Shown in pieces: positions 24,301 to 37,331 of a stretch of 64,000 bases of DNA (the stretch's first letter is position 1; each line of letters begins with the position of its first letter). A program made the position numbers and the translations under genes. Source of the stretch: Phoronis australis (Eukaryota; Animalia; Phoronida); assembly GCA_002633005.1 (NCBI GenBank), contig NMRA01000412.1, positions 315,405 through 379,404 of the forward strand, written 5' to 3'. Under the pieces are notes generated by a model. That model was given only the letters and a program-made list of their open reading frames with translations. It did no database searches and had not been told where the DNA came from.

Positions 24301-27300
24301 TAACACTAAAGAGATTGACCCTCGGTTGCAATCACGCCAGTTTTGTTCAGAATCTCCCACCGGAGCGGAGGCCAGTTTCACGGCACCGATAACGGACCAG
24401 CTTATTAATAAGATGAAAGCTGTAGTATGCAAAATCTTCAAAACATACTCCCATACTTCCACTGACGTCAATAACAAACACCAGTCGACTGTCTCCTTTT
24501 CTTATTACCCGGAAGAAGGGGGTAGTATCCACTTTGACGTCATCTTCAATTGGTGGATTCGCATTGCCTTCAAACAAAAAGTGGTCGTTCATCCATATAA
24601 CTTTGACAGTAACCATTGGCCTATCAAAACTAGCCGTGTCTTTATTAGTTTTGATTTAATCAAATCATATTGCATACCAATGAAAAGCCCAGCCATTCCC
24701 CTGTCCAGCGATACCACATTCCGTCAATAAATGATTAATGAGTGTGTTTAGTGACTTTGCTGCCAAATTGGGCTAGGTCTCAAAGTGATTGTTGCAAATT
24801 TAGTTGCAGCTAAATGTATATTCCAGTTTGAGCATTTAGCTTTCTCAATAGCAGTTACAGTGCTGGTTCCATGGTAATAAAAACTTATGGCAATTTGGCA
24901 GCACTTAAACACTTTTTTAGTGAACAACCGACTAATAAACAACTGTGGTAGTTTTCTCAGTATCAGGCTGATCATCACAGCCACTACAGCGACACACTTT
25001 GCATGCTGTTTACTAGCCTAACTACGCTTTGCTATGTGATGGCATTCCACTTCTGAGTCAGTAAACGCCTCAAATCAGACACAGTAGTTGTGTTGGTCAC
25101 TCGCGCACATCCAGCGCGTCCGGCTTGGTCCCACAGGTGTTCCGTAGTGTTCAAGTCTGGGCTGCACACGGGATCCCATTTGCTGTACATTTGAAGAAAG
25201 CTGCAAATTGGGCACTCCAATAATAGTTTGGATAATTGCGATTCATTCTGAGCCTGCTAAGAGCAGGAGTTCCCTGCTATCATTTTAGTGTCTCACAAAT
25301 TCGGTGTTTACCCCTGGTGTTCATCTGAGATGGTGACACTGCTTGGTGAAAACATGCAAATTTGCAACAATCAAGACAAAGCCCTTTTCGTCAGCTAAGT
25401 TATTGCGCATATCTATAAATTTATTGACAGCATGTGGTATTGTTGGAAAGGAGAAGGGCTGAGCTTTCTATTGGTGTGTATCATGATTTAAATAAACCAA
25501 AAGTAATGAAAACACGTACGAATGAACACAAATTTCCAAATTTTGTTGAGGTGTTAAGAAGGTGTGAGAATTGACAGTGATTGTACATAGATATTGTGGT
25601 CCATTGACACACTGTGGAAAGAAATGTTCATATATCAACGTATTGCAAGTGGAAAACGTGTCTCAAAACTAATATATCCGTTCGCTTTAAGTGCGATTTT
25701 TTCTAAACCAAGCTGGTGTTACAATCACATGCTTTGCATTTTGTTTCTTTGACCGCACTATTTCATTTTCTCGGTTTACCATCAGCTCAGATAGCCAGGT
25801 AAACCCTTCAGGATTTTTCTCTGGCTTCCAATGGCGACTTCCAGCTAGCGTCTTGGCTTGTTGACACGAGCACAGCCACAGCCAGTGAGGGCGCTAAGTA
25901 TTTCACAATTGATGTAATGCCACCAGATGACGCTAAGGAAAGAATTTTGTAGTGATGTTACAAGATTTGTCTGACTTTTATGGGAGTTTCAGAATTTGCC
26001 AACGAAGAGCGTGCATCTTACTTTTGAAATCTTCGTGATCTCTCAATATTTCCCACTGACTTCTCCCTTGACATAGCCTGTTGTGTTTGTTTGGCACTTC
26101 GTCGTTATGGAGTGTCGATGGGTCGGAAGTGTCGTTGTCACAAAATGTAACCGCCTGCATTAACAACAATTAATAACAAAGGACCCGGTCCCATGAATTG
26201 TTCTGTACACTGTGGCAGCTTAGACTTAAAACAACACACCTCTTGACAAAGTGACTCATCTGGGTGATCGAGTAGGAGTCATACTGCCCAGTGCACCAAA
26301 CAACCCCGGACCCGGCATGATCCAGGGAACTGAATACTGTCTCAGTCTCAAAATCAAAGCTTACTCGATCAAGCTGGATGATTCTAGAGGACCTTCATAT
26401 TTGCATTTTATATAGGCCTATCATTTTCAAGTAATTTTTCGAGTACAGAGATTATATACCCCAGGCATAAACAAGTGATTGCAACATAGAACTGGCGACC
26501 AACAGTAGCAACATCCAGCTTTTACACACAAAAGATACATGTACAATGTAAATGTCATCAAGATTAGTATTCCCTTTCTCACAGGCATAGCCAGAATTAA
26601 TACTACCAGCGGTGGAAGGCGACGTTGCCCTCGGACACTACCAATTTTGTTTTTCCCTCTTCCCTTCACAGTTCTGTGCCACCTCCTCTGTATTGATTGT
26701 GAAATTGTTAAAATCGTATGTCTCTTGTCATTTTTGCGGCACTCTTTCGGCATCTGTGGTACAATCTTCCCCCCCCCCACGTCCCTTTACAGCACTTACA
26801 TTCTTCATGTAGTAGGCAAACATTAGAGAAGACTTGGCTGGGGAATTAATAACGTCAGGAATAAATCGACACTCATTCTCTGGCAGAGACGTTTTCTTAT
26901 CCAGAATACAGTTCAAAAAACTGCTCCCTCTTTTAACTTTCTCTTCGCCCGGAATCTGAAAAAGGTAACAATACACACGCTCATGATATTTGAATGAACT
27001 TGCCAGCCAGTCCTAAGACTACAGGTGAATTTCATACGATGGCCGATATGAAACCAACAACAAAGCGTGTGCACCCATGCACAGACTGTACACGTGAGAG
27101 TGACAGACGAGCTGCGTGTCTGTAAAACGTAAGCTCACATTTGCGGTGAATTCAGTACCACAATTCAACACTCTAACACCCACTGACAAATCATTTCATT
27201 GACCTACATGTACCAGTGAGCTAAGATACATGAAAGCTATTCAGCTTCAAGGCATACTCACGAAATGTTCGTCTTTCTCTGGCGTCATGCTTCGAGGTCT

Positions 27301-30300
27301 CGTAAGACCTCGTACATTTCTCACAAGTAACTACGTCTATACATTGCTCTCCTGGATCCCGGGTCTAATTGGATCTCGACTCGAACATGAACAAGATACA
27401 ATTCCGACATGTCGCAAGCAAATAGTTCCAGCCTGTAAGTTACAACTATGGTCCTCCGCCTTTGGTCCACACACACACTTTGGTTGTGAACAAATGGATT
27501 AATATTCACTTGAAATGCAGAGCAACGATGTGCAGAGAACCTAAGATGCAAAATATGCTATATTCTAGAGAGAGCAAAAAAGAAAATGTGACTGTCGCTG
27601 ATCAATGTTTACCACGATTTCGTATGCTTATTTTTGTTATCAAGTGTTGGGCAATGGCGACGAATGTATTTGTAAGTCATGTTTCATCCGTGTGTACTAA
27701 CTTTGAAATTGATTTAATCATTTCTCGGAAAATGGTGTCATCGACTGGTACCGTATTTGAGTACGTACGTCACGATGCTGTAAGTAGGATGAACGGACTT
27801 GTGGTCCTATTATGATCTTGACGAACAAACATGTAGGAACTTGCAAGGTTACTAAAAGCCTGTTAATAATGTTAACCCACACTCTTCGTGCATCTGATTA
27901 GTCAGCTCTCTTAACCTATGAACGTGAAGGTGTCATACCATTTTGGAGCATTTGACAACGCCAATAGCAGTAGAGCCATTGGCATCAACTGAATGGTAGA
28001 AGTCTCTCTCGCCCTCTTCGATTACCGCATACTCGTCGAAGAGTCCCCAACGAAGGTGTCCGAACTCGTGAACAAGGGCTTTGCCTTCAATAAAATCATA
28101 AAAATATAATTTTGATCTAAGGTTAGTTAAAGTAAAATGCGTAAATGATCATTCCTGTGTACATATACATGCACTTTTAATATTTTAAGTGAAATGTTAT
28201 AATTTCGCACAAGACTTTGTTTCATCAAAAGTGAACCTACATGTATGACTGGAGTCAGCAATGTCTGCTTTCTTTTCTGTTTCGATATACATAACAGTCA
28301 CTACCAATTTACATGTTACATATAGCAGTAGGATGTAAAATTATTTGAGTAAATTGCTGAAGAGAGCTTGAATTAATCGTAAATCGCGGTATAGAACGTC
28401 AGCCGTCATGTCAATCTTTTTACGTAGGGGTTACGTCACTTTTCATGAAAAAGGCCTCAGATATGTACCTAACATCTACTGTAAATTCAGAAGGAAACGA
28501 AATGAAAACGACAACGCATGGACTACCAAAGAAGAAAAAAATCAAAAGCTCGTTTCCACTTTGGTTTCTCCCGAATCTGCTCAGACCTGTGTTCTCTTGT
28601 TATTTCCAGTATGCTTGCACGAAAGAAAATGTAATGAGACAGGTCGAAAATAAAACAATGTCCTTACCAATGTCACCATAGTTGTATCTTGAAAACTCGA
28701 GATTTGCCAGGAAGTTGTACGATAGCCGCATGTACTTGCCTGGCTCTCCGCACCTGCCTGGTTGTACAACGTACGGTTCGTGTTTTCCGTAAATCTTATC
28801 TTCCCTTGGTTTTACCACTATCACGTTTGCCCTGCAAAGAGTATGGGTTACAATTGATATTACGTCCAAAAGGTTGCGGCCTAACAAATGTGGCAAGATT
28901 TTTCTTCTGAATAAATCTTTATAAATCCTTATGCTGTGGATAGGTTAGTCTGTGGCTGAGCAACACTGTCTTACCTGTTGAACGTCTCAGTCCCCGATTG
29001 CGCCCAGTTGACGTTAGGTTGCCATGATGCCGGGACAAGGATGGTGATATTACCCAAATAAGCACGACGCCTTGTGGCAACGAATAGAGCACTCGAAAAA
29101 TCGGAAAACGTTTCCTGAAATGATATTTTAGTTACTAGGTGTTTAAGCATGGTCAGTTTCGTGTTAACTACTAAAACCTACATAGTAGCAATTTGTTTCA
29201 CAATAGCCAAGCCTAGGGCATTTCTCGAACAAACAGCAATCGCTGGAAACAACTTGATTTCTAACTTCCTAAAGTTCAAACAAAATACATCTACATAAAT
29301 ATTTTTGCTTGCACTTCGTTAAGTCAAAATGAGTCATACATTATCCTTGCTTTCCACCGTCACGGGGTGTTCCGGAGATCATGTCTAAACACAAATAGGG
29401 GGCAAACGTTAGACCACAAATTGCCACAACTACACGAACTCTTCAATATCCCAACAGCTAATTTGTAAAAAAACAGCAGCGCCATATTGGAATTCCTATC
29501 ATAGTGACTCCTACAGAAAAAAACATAAACACGTTGAAATATTCATCTGCACAAAGGACATGATACTCAATACATTTCCCACTGCAAAGAATCGATGCCT
29601 GCCACGTTGGCCGAAGTGACTTAGTATAAAAACATGGACGTGACCTGTAGTTTAGAAACAAAAGAAGGTTGGCATTGAAAACAAACTCATAAATAGGACA
29701 CAACGGATTGTCGTCTGTCAGATACATCACAAGATGCAGGCATAGCGTTTACTTATCCAGCTTGAAAGTCATTTTCAACAAAGCTCTATAGAATCTGTCT
29801 GCGCAATTTCATTAAATACAAATTGTTGCAACAATTTGTGATTCTGTGGCCGGTTCCATGAAACAGTCCCAAATAGGGACTCAACTAAGTTCCGTAAATC
29901 TACTGCGCATTTTTAGACTCGTGGAAACACCAATAGCCCTTTTTTATTGATTTAGTTTCATTACCAAGTCAACTTTTGACAAATCGGAAATGGACTCTAT
30001 GTTGAACTGCTAATATTATCGACTATAATTAGGGACCTTTTCATGCAACTCCCCGATTTAAGGAGTGAGTCCCTATTCATTTTCAATGAACTCTGGGCTC
30101 ATTTTTAGTAATATTATTAGAAAATGTCATTAATCAAATAGGAACTATGATTCCCTATTTGGGACTATTTCATGCAACCGGGCACTGAAGTCTACACACA
30201 ATGCCCAAGTTTGAGCATTGCAACAGTTCGTGCGCTTTCTTTTTAACATGTTATTGCTGACTGCAATCCAATATTTATTCTGTTAGCCAGGGATCTGCGT

Positions 30301-31070
30301 TGAGCTTATAGATGAATATATTATCTTTTTAAGTGTTTTGATGTCTAATTTCCGAATAATAAAAGTAATGTGAATTGCTTCTCGAAGTTAGTTTATTGAA
30401 TTTTGATCCTTACTTAGACCCCCAAAGAATTATTTCACGATTTCTTAAATAAATTTTATTTAAATGGATACCTAGCCAGATTTTGGCCTATGAACAGATA
30501 TTAAAAACGACGTTCCCATCTAACCCTCTGAAACAAAATAATGTTATGTAACTCTCGATAACCGTCAAGTACAATGTATTTGTAGCAAAATTTGAAAATT
30601 CCTTAGAAAGTCTGCTTAACGGGCAAGCATAGCGTAGTACGTTTTAGGCGAGTTACAGGGCACCCGTAGGGAAAAACAACCACCAAGTACGTGTACCATG
30701 TTATCCTATATGTAAGTTTTTAGTTGAATCCTGCTTTTATCACTTAAGTGGGACACCATTGCAATGGTGCATTATTAGGTGACAGAACGAGGATAGCTTG
30801 AAATCACCGAAACAGGGTTTAGTATTCTGTTCGCAATTCTGAGTCAGCATTTCATATACATGTACAGTACATGTACGTCCATAAATGACGCATTCTAAAG
30901 TGCAGTATTACCTTGATGTTATGTATGAGTTTGTCACTTTGCCGCACGTTGTTCGCCAATGCAATTAATATTCCCTCATATCTGTTATTTCTTAACTTAA
31001 ACGTATTCCGTTCAACACCGCTGACTGCTGCTACGGACGACACTATCAGCAGCAATGTTGCGCAGAACAT
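8708..31070 (-). CDS. CLCA: CLCA-family gene B, complete (15 coding exons, 3024 nt, about 1007 aa): signal peptide, HExxH metalloprotease domain, Cys-rich region, vWA/MIDAS, beta-rich domain, FN3, stalk, TM
   Basis: Hand-spliced exons: 31070-30912, 29114-28975, 28831-28668, 28084-27939, 26955-26800, 26154-26022, 24567-24449, 23348-23133, 19964-19680, 18532-18166, 16856-16716, 15957-15790, 12952-12795, 11809-11731, 9300-8708. All phases are compatible and the sum is divisible by 3. Motifs: QPGRCGEPG, VHEFGHLRWGLFDEY, FCD..HN..PNKHNRLC, IDVSGSM, GGGTSIG, LLSDG, DNGAGAD..KEDGVYSGYF, SRVASGGSF, WTAVGDDLD. Confidence 0.94.
11731..11809 (-). CDS. CLCA: CLCA gene B exon 14
   Basis: 79 nt, VVSVFYENSTVTLEWTAVGDDLDQGT, ag/gt flanks, same size as gene A exon 484-562. 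Confidence 0.92.
12795..12952 (-). CDS. CLCA: CLCA gene B exon 13 (GC donor)
   Basis: DSPRKLPTYTSVNKISRVASGGSFQV..DLYGPGQITDLK, followed by AAG|gcaagt. Confidence 0.85.
13090..14308. repeat. About 610-bp near-identical direct duplication flanking an N gap (probable assembly artefact)
   Basis: 13090-13698 is repeated at 13700-14308 with only a few substitutions; N at 13699. Confidence 0.85.
15790..15957 (-). CDS. CLCA: CLCA gene B exon 12
   Basis: GADTNKEDGVYSGYFLNIKGDGGYSVKVKV..; donor G|gtaag at 15789 keeps frame; an alternative gtatgt donor lies at 15814. Confidence 0.85.
16716..16856 (-). CDS. CLCA: CLCA gene B exon 11
   Basis: PALIIYATLTKGDLPVVDAKVSALVE..LTDNGA, ag/gt flanks. Confidence 0.9.
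18166..18532 (-). CDS. CLCA: CLCA gene B exon 10
   Basis: IFIDDSLGKDTAF..IPVPGIAETGTW..ITSRS; 367 nt, same as gene C exon 51888-52254. Confidence 0.92.
19680..19964 (-). CDS. CLCA: CLCA gene B exon 9 (vWA C-half)
   Basis: GGRLILLSDG..GVIVDTI..ADPRLRVLALETGG..LADAF. Confidence 0.92.
20368..22227 (-). mobile_element. Tandem Helentron-type non-autonomous elements (HINE/DINE-1-like)
   Basis: On the minus strand: TT-ACTCTGCGCGTG sub-TIR with hairpin, (TTCTTA)n microsatellite, TGACCTTTGACC-rich internal repeats, 3' sub-TIR CACGCGCAGAGT, stem-loop ATTGTCACGCCGTGACAAT, then CTAGTT. Copies at 20368-21602 and 21603-22227. Confidence 0.7.
23133..23348 (-). CDS. CLCA: CLCA gene B exon 8 (vWA)
   Basis: GTRIEQAKQTA..YIGVVKFNS..AGGGTSIGSGIQEG. 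Confidence 0.92.
24449..24567 (-). CDS. CLCA: CLCA gene B exon 7 (MIDAS DxSxS)
   Basis: NANPP..TTPFFRV..RLVFVIDVSGSMG; 119 nt, same as gene C 46702-46820. Confidence 0.92.
24965..25555 (-). mobile_element. Tc1/mariner transposase C-terminal remnant with flanking element sequence
   Basis: W..CSPDLNTTEHLWD..SDLRRLLTQKWNAI..RLVNSM matches the Tc1 WPxxSPDLNPIEHLW motif. Confidence 0.75.
26022..26154 (-). CDS. CLCA: CLCA gene B exon 6
   Basis: AVTFCDND..HNDEVPNKHNRLCQGRSQWEILRDHEDF; 133 nt. Confidence 0.93.
26800..26955 (-). CDS. CLCA: CLCA gene B exon 5
   Basis: IPGEEK..C..TSLPENECRFIPD..AKSSLMF; 156 nt. Confidence 0.9.
27939..28084 (-). CDS. CLCA: CLCA gene B exon 4 (HExxH zinc-binding site)
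   Basis: GKALVHEFGHLRWGLFDEY..FYHS..KCSKM; 146 nt; not present in the ORF track. Confidence 0.94.
28668..28831 (-). CDS. CLCA: CLCA gene B exon 3
   Basis: ANVIV..EPYVVQPGRCGEPGKYMRL. Confidence 0.93.
28975..29114 (-). CDS. CLCA: CLCA gene B exon 2
   Basis: ETFSDFSSALFVATRRRAYLGNITILVPASW; 140 nt. Confidence 0.92.
29847..30184. mobile_element. PIF/Harbinger-like MITE
   Basis: TIRs TGGCCGGTTCCATGAAACAGTCCCAAATAGGGA / TCCCTATTTGGGACTATTTCATGCAACCGGGCA; CTG on both sides (3-bp TSD). Confidence 0.75.
30912..31070 (-). CDS. CLCA: CLCA gene B first coding exon (signal peptide)
   Basis: MFCATLLLIVSSVAAVSG..LRNNRYEGILIAL..LIHNIK|gt; an acceptor at 31091 upstream implies a 5'UTR intron. Confidence 0.9.
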
Positions 31071-31224
31071 CTTGCGTGGTAGATGCAGACCTGAAACAAA
31101 AATATGTCAGTATAGTTTCAAAGCGTGATTTAACTCACCGAGCAAGTTTAAGCTTGTGAACGGTTACGTTTTTACCTGGTACTCAATAATTTATTTTGCG
31201 AAAAGTTCATGATTTCATCATGTG

Positions 31225-31292
31225 GTGATGGCGACAATGATACCAACGACGACGATGACGACGACGGCAACGACGGCGGCGACAACGACGGC
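31225..31292 (+). repeat. (GAC/GGC)n trinucleotide microsatellite
   Basis: gacgacgatgacgacgacggcaacgacggcggcgac. Confidence 0.8.
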
Positions 31293-31382
31293 ACTCTAGC
31301 GAACTACTTCCTTTTCTCTTTCTATCCGCAATTTTTTACGTAAATTTACAACTTTCGTGACTACATACATCTAACTGACACT

Positions 31383-31480
31383 GAAAATGTGAACAGGGTA
31401 TCTACTGTATAAATGAAAATGTGAACAGGGTATCTACTGTATCAATGAAAATGTGAACAGGGTATCTACTGCATCAGTGA
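31383..31480 (+). repeat. 31-bp minisatellite, 3 copies
   Basis: GAAAATGTGAACAGGGTATCTACTG repeated three times head-to-tail. Confidence 0.9.
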
Positions 31481-32276
31481 AAAGAGCTAGACAACTTCCA
31501 TTAACAACAAGGTGCATGTTAAGAAATCAAATGAATAGTGAACTTTTGCACATATCCATTGAACTATCAAGCGATTTCTTCCTTTCAAAAGTTGAAAATT
31601 CAATATTATACCTTACTGAATGCATAGATGTGCGGCTTATGGACAGGGCCTATTGTTTGTGTGAAGTAATCGATAAAAGAGAAGGTATGCTCTTACGTTA
31701 CAAAATTTTCCTTGTTGCTTACGTCAGCATAAACTGCCTCAGCCTTTCTATTAATGCTCAAAACAGACACCAGTCATGGTCGGCGCACCATACAGGGCTG
31801 GGGTGCTATAGCCCCCACTTTTTTCAGTGCTACCACGGAGGAGGGGGCTTTAGAATCCACTTTTTTCAGTGCTGCGCCGCAAATGTAAGTACTAACTTAA
31901 TTTCCCAAACAGTTTGTATAATCCATGGGAAAAGGATAGAATTACCGCAATGCGATTTCGATGACGTACCTGGTTACGTGGTATACCTCAATATTTGAAC
32001 AATCATGTCAAAACTTTATTGTTGTTGGTCTGATAATGAGAAATGCAATAATTGCCACATAAATGCAACGTTTTCAATAAAGGAAATCAACATAGTTAGG
32101 TAGCAGTCCCTCGTTAACTGAAACTTCGCTGAGAACACTACTAAACTTTTTAAAGCAAAATGTTCAGTCGTGTTTTTAACGAAGTTTAATACAGGAAATA
32201 AAATGTATTAAAAATTATTTTATAAGAGCACTGAAATTTCTTTTTTGAAAAATGTTCTAAAAAGATAGACGTTTAC

Positions 32277-32500
32277 CTTGAATCGCAAACTAGCAGGTCA
32301 CAACCGTGAAGTCAATTGTGCAGCGAAGTCCACAGTGACTTGTTGGTTTGAGTCACCTTGATTTAATACATTTTTTATTAATCCAGTGGGTCTTTCAAAC
32401 CAAACAAGGAAGTCTTAATTTATCAACTTTATCTAAATTTGAGGTGGATTTTGTTTACTGTGTCAAGATGGAGTTCTTGGGCAACAAAATTTATCTGATA
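32277..32500 (-). promoter_or_regulatory. Putative non-coding first exon and promoter of gene B
   Basis: Minus strand: donor AAG|gtaaac at 32276, TATTAAA near 32362-32368, AP-1 TGACTCA 32349-32355, ETS-like GGAAG 32408-32412, GATA sites 32420-32434 and 32491-32501, Fox TGTTTAC 32452-32458. Motif-level inference only. Confidence 0.4.
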
Positions 32501-35500
32501 AAATTTACTGTTCCTGACAGGTGACTCCATAGTCCCATACAACCCCTTTGAAAACCGAATTGATATATGTATACAATCATGACTGACTTATATTTATATT
32601 TACGTCGTAATATGTGGAATATTTTCAAAACTACCATTGCGAAAAAATGTTAATCAACTACCCGTCATTCGATAACAGCAACGACCAGATACAAAGGCAA
32701 ACACGCCATTGAAATGTTGAAATGCACCAAGTTGCTGGAACTGGCTGAAACTGTGTCTTTTCTAAAGTTTATTTATTTAACTAAAGTAAAATTCCCTGGT
32801 ATCTCTGATCTGTAAACCTTGGATGGCGTGCTTAAGTTCGTGCGCGCGTCAGATAGCAGATTAAGAAAGAACACCTCTTGGAGAGGAGTTTGGAAAGAGA
32901 CCAAGAACGTATGAAATTGGGCTTCGAACATGGTTCCCAGCTCACACCTGGGTACACCTGCGCACCGTTTTCACATGTAGCTGCCTTGTGATCTCCTCAT
33001 ATACTGTACATGTAGAGTAAATTGGGGGTCGCATTATTCTAAGTTCTTAATAAATCACTGGCACCAGTCAAATTGGCTTCCATTATGAGACTGCGAAAAC
33101 CTTGACTTAAGATATGTAGAAAATGTATAAAGCACTCTTTATCTATTCTTTGTTTTATTTTAATTCAGTGAACTTCATTGCCGTCATTTCTTTTCTCCTC
33201 ATTACCAATCCTTTATTCGCAAGTGTACATGTTCTATAATCCCTTAAATCACTAACTACGTGTTTGCATAATAAAACAGTTCAGATGGCCTGGTGTCATT
33301 TGCGGTGCATCAGACGTGCGAAGGCTTCATGGTTGGGCCCATTGCACAAAACACCTGAGATAAAGCACGAAAGCCCCATTATGGTTCTTCGTGAAGGAAG
33401 TTTTCAAGTCTGCCACTCTTTTTAGAAAACAGGCAGACGTTTCCATTTGTTGCCATGCACTATATGTTGTAGGCATGTAACAGTGCCATCCAGTAGGTTG
33501 CTCCTTAGCCTATAAAAATCTGGGTAAGACTCTACCAGGTGTTAAGGGGATTCTACGTCAGTACCACACTCGGGACACACTGGGCTCCCCATACATGTAT
33601 GCCCAGTAATGTGTCTGTGTCGGGCTAGGTTACATTGGTTCGTTTGCACAAAAAGCCCAAGTAAGCTATTTTCGAGTTGGCGGACAGCACAGCAGTTGGA
33701 GTTTGCAAAACTATCCTATATACTGTAGGTGTTGTCACCCAATTACAATCGTTTCAAGAGGCAATAAGGGACTGGGCATTAACCACATGTTTCGTGTTCG
33801 CCTGTCTTATTCAGCGTACCGACATCGCTTATAAAACGCGTTTGAATTAAAATGATCTTTATATCATTATTTTTACTAAAAAAATCATTAATAGAAAAAA
33901 TAAAGGAAACATATTTAGTTGCCAAATTAGAGATCACCTATAACCAATACTGAAAGTTATTTTGAGCTTACTAAGTGGTATAATAAAAGAAACTAACATA
34001 AAACCGAGTTCAAAAATTTTTGACGGCACAAACTTCGCCAATATACATGTATCAATGCTTTATCTTTGATCCACCGACAAGCAATAAATCCTAGCGGTGC
34101 ATCTTCCTCCAAGTGTGGATAATACTGACATTAATGGTTGTAACATAATTCATGCTGCATTTAATTCCAAACTACACCTTGACAATCACGTTCTGTTTAG
34201 AGACAAAGCTGGTGTTAAATTTACAGTAATTGTTTGAATGTGTTCTAAATTTCGATTAAAAAATTGAGTTTCAATAAATCTTTTTGCAGTAGGTCAACCG
34301 TCTGACGTGCTCAAGGCTCGAAACCAAGTGCGAGCCTGATTGAAAAAATTATGTATAAAATCTGGTATTTTGTGCGTCAAACGTAAAGTGTTTGTACTCG
34401 TAAGACATTTCGAGTGCTCGGCAAATATTTATATTGAAAGATTATTTGAGTACAAGATATCACTATTCATCATTCTTGAAACTCTAATGACACGATAAGG
34501 AAAATATGCGAGAAGAAAAGTGCTCCAAGATTCTGATGCCTTCCAAGATTTTGCAGCCTCAAGTGCTAAACTTGGTGGCGATCGGCACTGTGTCGTAAAA
34601 TTCTTGACACGAGAGCTGAGAGCGGAAGAGACGATATTAAAATGTTAATTAAATTGCCTGCGACCCCTCCACGCCCCGGCGTGCAACTTTCCCCCTAACA
34701 TAGAGTTGGAAATTTCAACAGTTCACGTATTTAAAGCCCAGGCTCTGATTTTTCATCTTAGCCATTATGCACCGTAACTCTTTCAGAAAATTCACTTCGC
34801 ATGAGATCTGGATGCAAACATTTTCACCTGAACTGAAGATATCTTGAACACTTAGTCACAATTCCTTTTGCTTGCATTAATCGAACCCGGTTTGCCATTG
34901 ATGTACATGGACTTATCGTCGTATAAAATAAAGCACTTGCTTTTAGAGCTGTTGCATTGAACATGTGTATGCATTCCACAGTGATGTCGACACAAACAAC
35001 GTTTGCTTATGAAGAGTAGATTCTTGTATCTTAGTTGGCCTAGAATCTGGAAGCTCTGAGGTTTGGGTATTGATTCCCTGGGGATTGCTTTTGGACCTAT
35101 CTCGCGACCGGAAAATTAAAACTACCAGTGGTGGTAAAAATTTAATATAAAAATTTCAAAGACAAAGGGTGGTTTGTTAATTTTTAAGTGTCAGATTTCC
35201 TTCTATGGGATTTCTCATTTTGCCAAGTATTCCTCGAACGTATCACAAAAAAGTAACTTGAAGACAATCCTTCTGCTAGGTTGAGGTCGTAGTGAATAGG
35301 ACTGTATTGTGTAACGTCATCGTTTGGTAACCTGGCGGAGTTACGAAAGCATGCGTTTTCCTGTTCTCAATACATACGTAAATTTGGCATAATCACAGCA
35401 TTGATTACTTGGTAGCCCATGCTGCGCAAAATTTCCACAATCTCATCATTTGAATTGTAAATTTGGTATTTCTCAATTGCGATGACTTAAATGGTTTCGA

Positions 35501-35901
35501 CGGTAGTCGCATGTCAATGATGGCGTCCAAAATGTTGTTTGTGGTGTGTATTTAATTTATTTATTTATTTATTATTGTGATATTTAAAATGAGGGTGGCC
35601 TCTTCAGTGATAGCACTGCTTTCCAAGAGGGCCCTTAAAAAATATGGTTCCAAAATTCGATTAGTTTTGGTGTGTTGTTACTGGTGCTGATTATATCATT
35701 AGTGATGTAAAGACACGATGGGGCTGCTGGGTGGTGCATTTCATGGCGTACTAGCTTTTCAACATTCAGCGTTCAAAGCGAACAACAGATTTTGCAAAGT
35801 GACCCGAAAAGTTGATTTGTCGTGATGAAGTTTAGAAGTATGTCTATTAAACTTAGCGATGGTGTACAAACAGTGAAACCGTGACATAAAGAAGTTTCAC
35901 C

Positions 35902-36032
35902 CAGCATTAGCAGTATTGGCAACAGCATTCGCATTAGTAGCAACAGCAGCAGCAACAGCAGCACTGGTAGCAGTTGCAGAAGCAGTGGGGGCGGTGGCGG
36001 CGGCAGCGGCGGCAGCGGCGGCAGCAGCAGCA
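35902..36032 (+). repeat. (CAG/GGC)n microsatellite
   Basis: cagcagcagcaacagcag..ggcggcggcagcggcggcagc. Confidence 0.85.
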
Positions 36033-37331
36033 TTTCAATAAAATACTACACCTGTATGATACCAAAGCTAACACGAAAACACAAAATCTTTTGGATGTTT
36101 AAAGGGATGTGGTAGTTGCTTTAAGAAGAGATGGGATCACAGAAAATTGTGATGGCACTTTTGGCGGAATGTTCTTGCTTTTACACCTGTGCGTAAATTT
36201 CAATCGCGAATATACATGTATGCACGTGTGTAAACTCACATTTACGCGACCTCTGGAGGTGGTGTAATTATACAAACGAGTGTAACTTAACACCCTGGTA
36301 CTATTTGCGTACATATGTATATACGGGAAAATACACACCGTACGTAAATTTACACACGGGTGTAAACAACTTCATGTAAACGCGGATTTTTATCTATACA
36401 TTAAATTCCCATTCTTAATGTCCCACCAAAGGTTTATATCGAATTTGCTGGACACTGCGTTAATTATCGGACAAGCCCAAATCGCGAACTTCATACTGAT
36501 ATGAATCAATTTCAGAGGTGAATCTTGTCAAAGTCAAAATGCTAACTCCCCGTACCTGTATTAAAATACCGAAACGGAAAGGGTTCCCTCCCAAAAACAT
36601 GAACCAATACAATATGGAGCTGTAGGGGTCAATAATTGACATATGTTCATTGCTTTTGTCCGAGTAGATATGTTAATTATCAATCTTCATACACGCCAAA
36701 TGTTGGATACATAACGTGAACTAAATTTAAGTCTGAAAAGATGTGTGCCCCGACGGGAGGTGGAACACGGTGGCACATCTTTTCAGACTTTTTATAGACC
36801 GCTTGATGTGTGTGTTGGGAGACTAACAACTATTATTTATACGATACCAATTTATGACAACAAAATTGTATTTAAATAAAGACAACAACTTTTCTAAAAT
36901 TTAGCGACATTTTCTGGCGGTAAAACATCCACCATTGTCGAGCGTTATTCAGAGAATGAATTCCTGGATGGTTGCGGGTACAATACAGAGAAAATTCAAA
37001 AACATGCAAAAATACCAGAATAGGATTATATTTATCCAAATATCTAAAATAAAATCACATTGGAAATTCAATGACACAAAAAGAAATTGGATTGCACGGA
37101 AGACAATATACGACAGCCAATCATAACTGATTGAGTCCTCGTTCCTGGACCACGGTAAACAAATATTTAACCTATTTATGAGTGACTTTTGTTTTATTTT
37201 AACTACGCACTTGAACGATCAGATTGTGTAAGGGTGTCTCCTTGTGAAGTTGATGCAAATAAGTATTGAAGTCCAAGGTAGCTTACGTACATTTGTACAA
37301 AGCAAGTCTGCTCAGCGCAGCTTTGGAAGAA

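Noticed and set aside
31383-31480. 31-bp direct repeats as a CRISPR array
   Set aside because: Head-to-tail with no unique spacers; an ordinary minisatellite.
35773-36033. Leu/Pro-rich 86-aa ORF resembling a signal peptide
   Set aside because: It is the translation of a CAG/GGC microsatellite.
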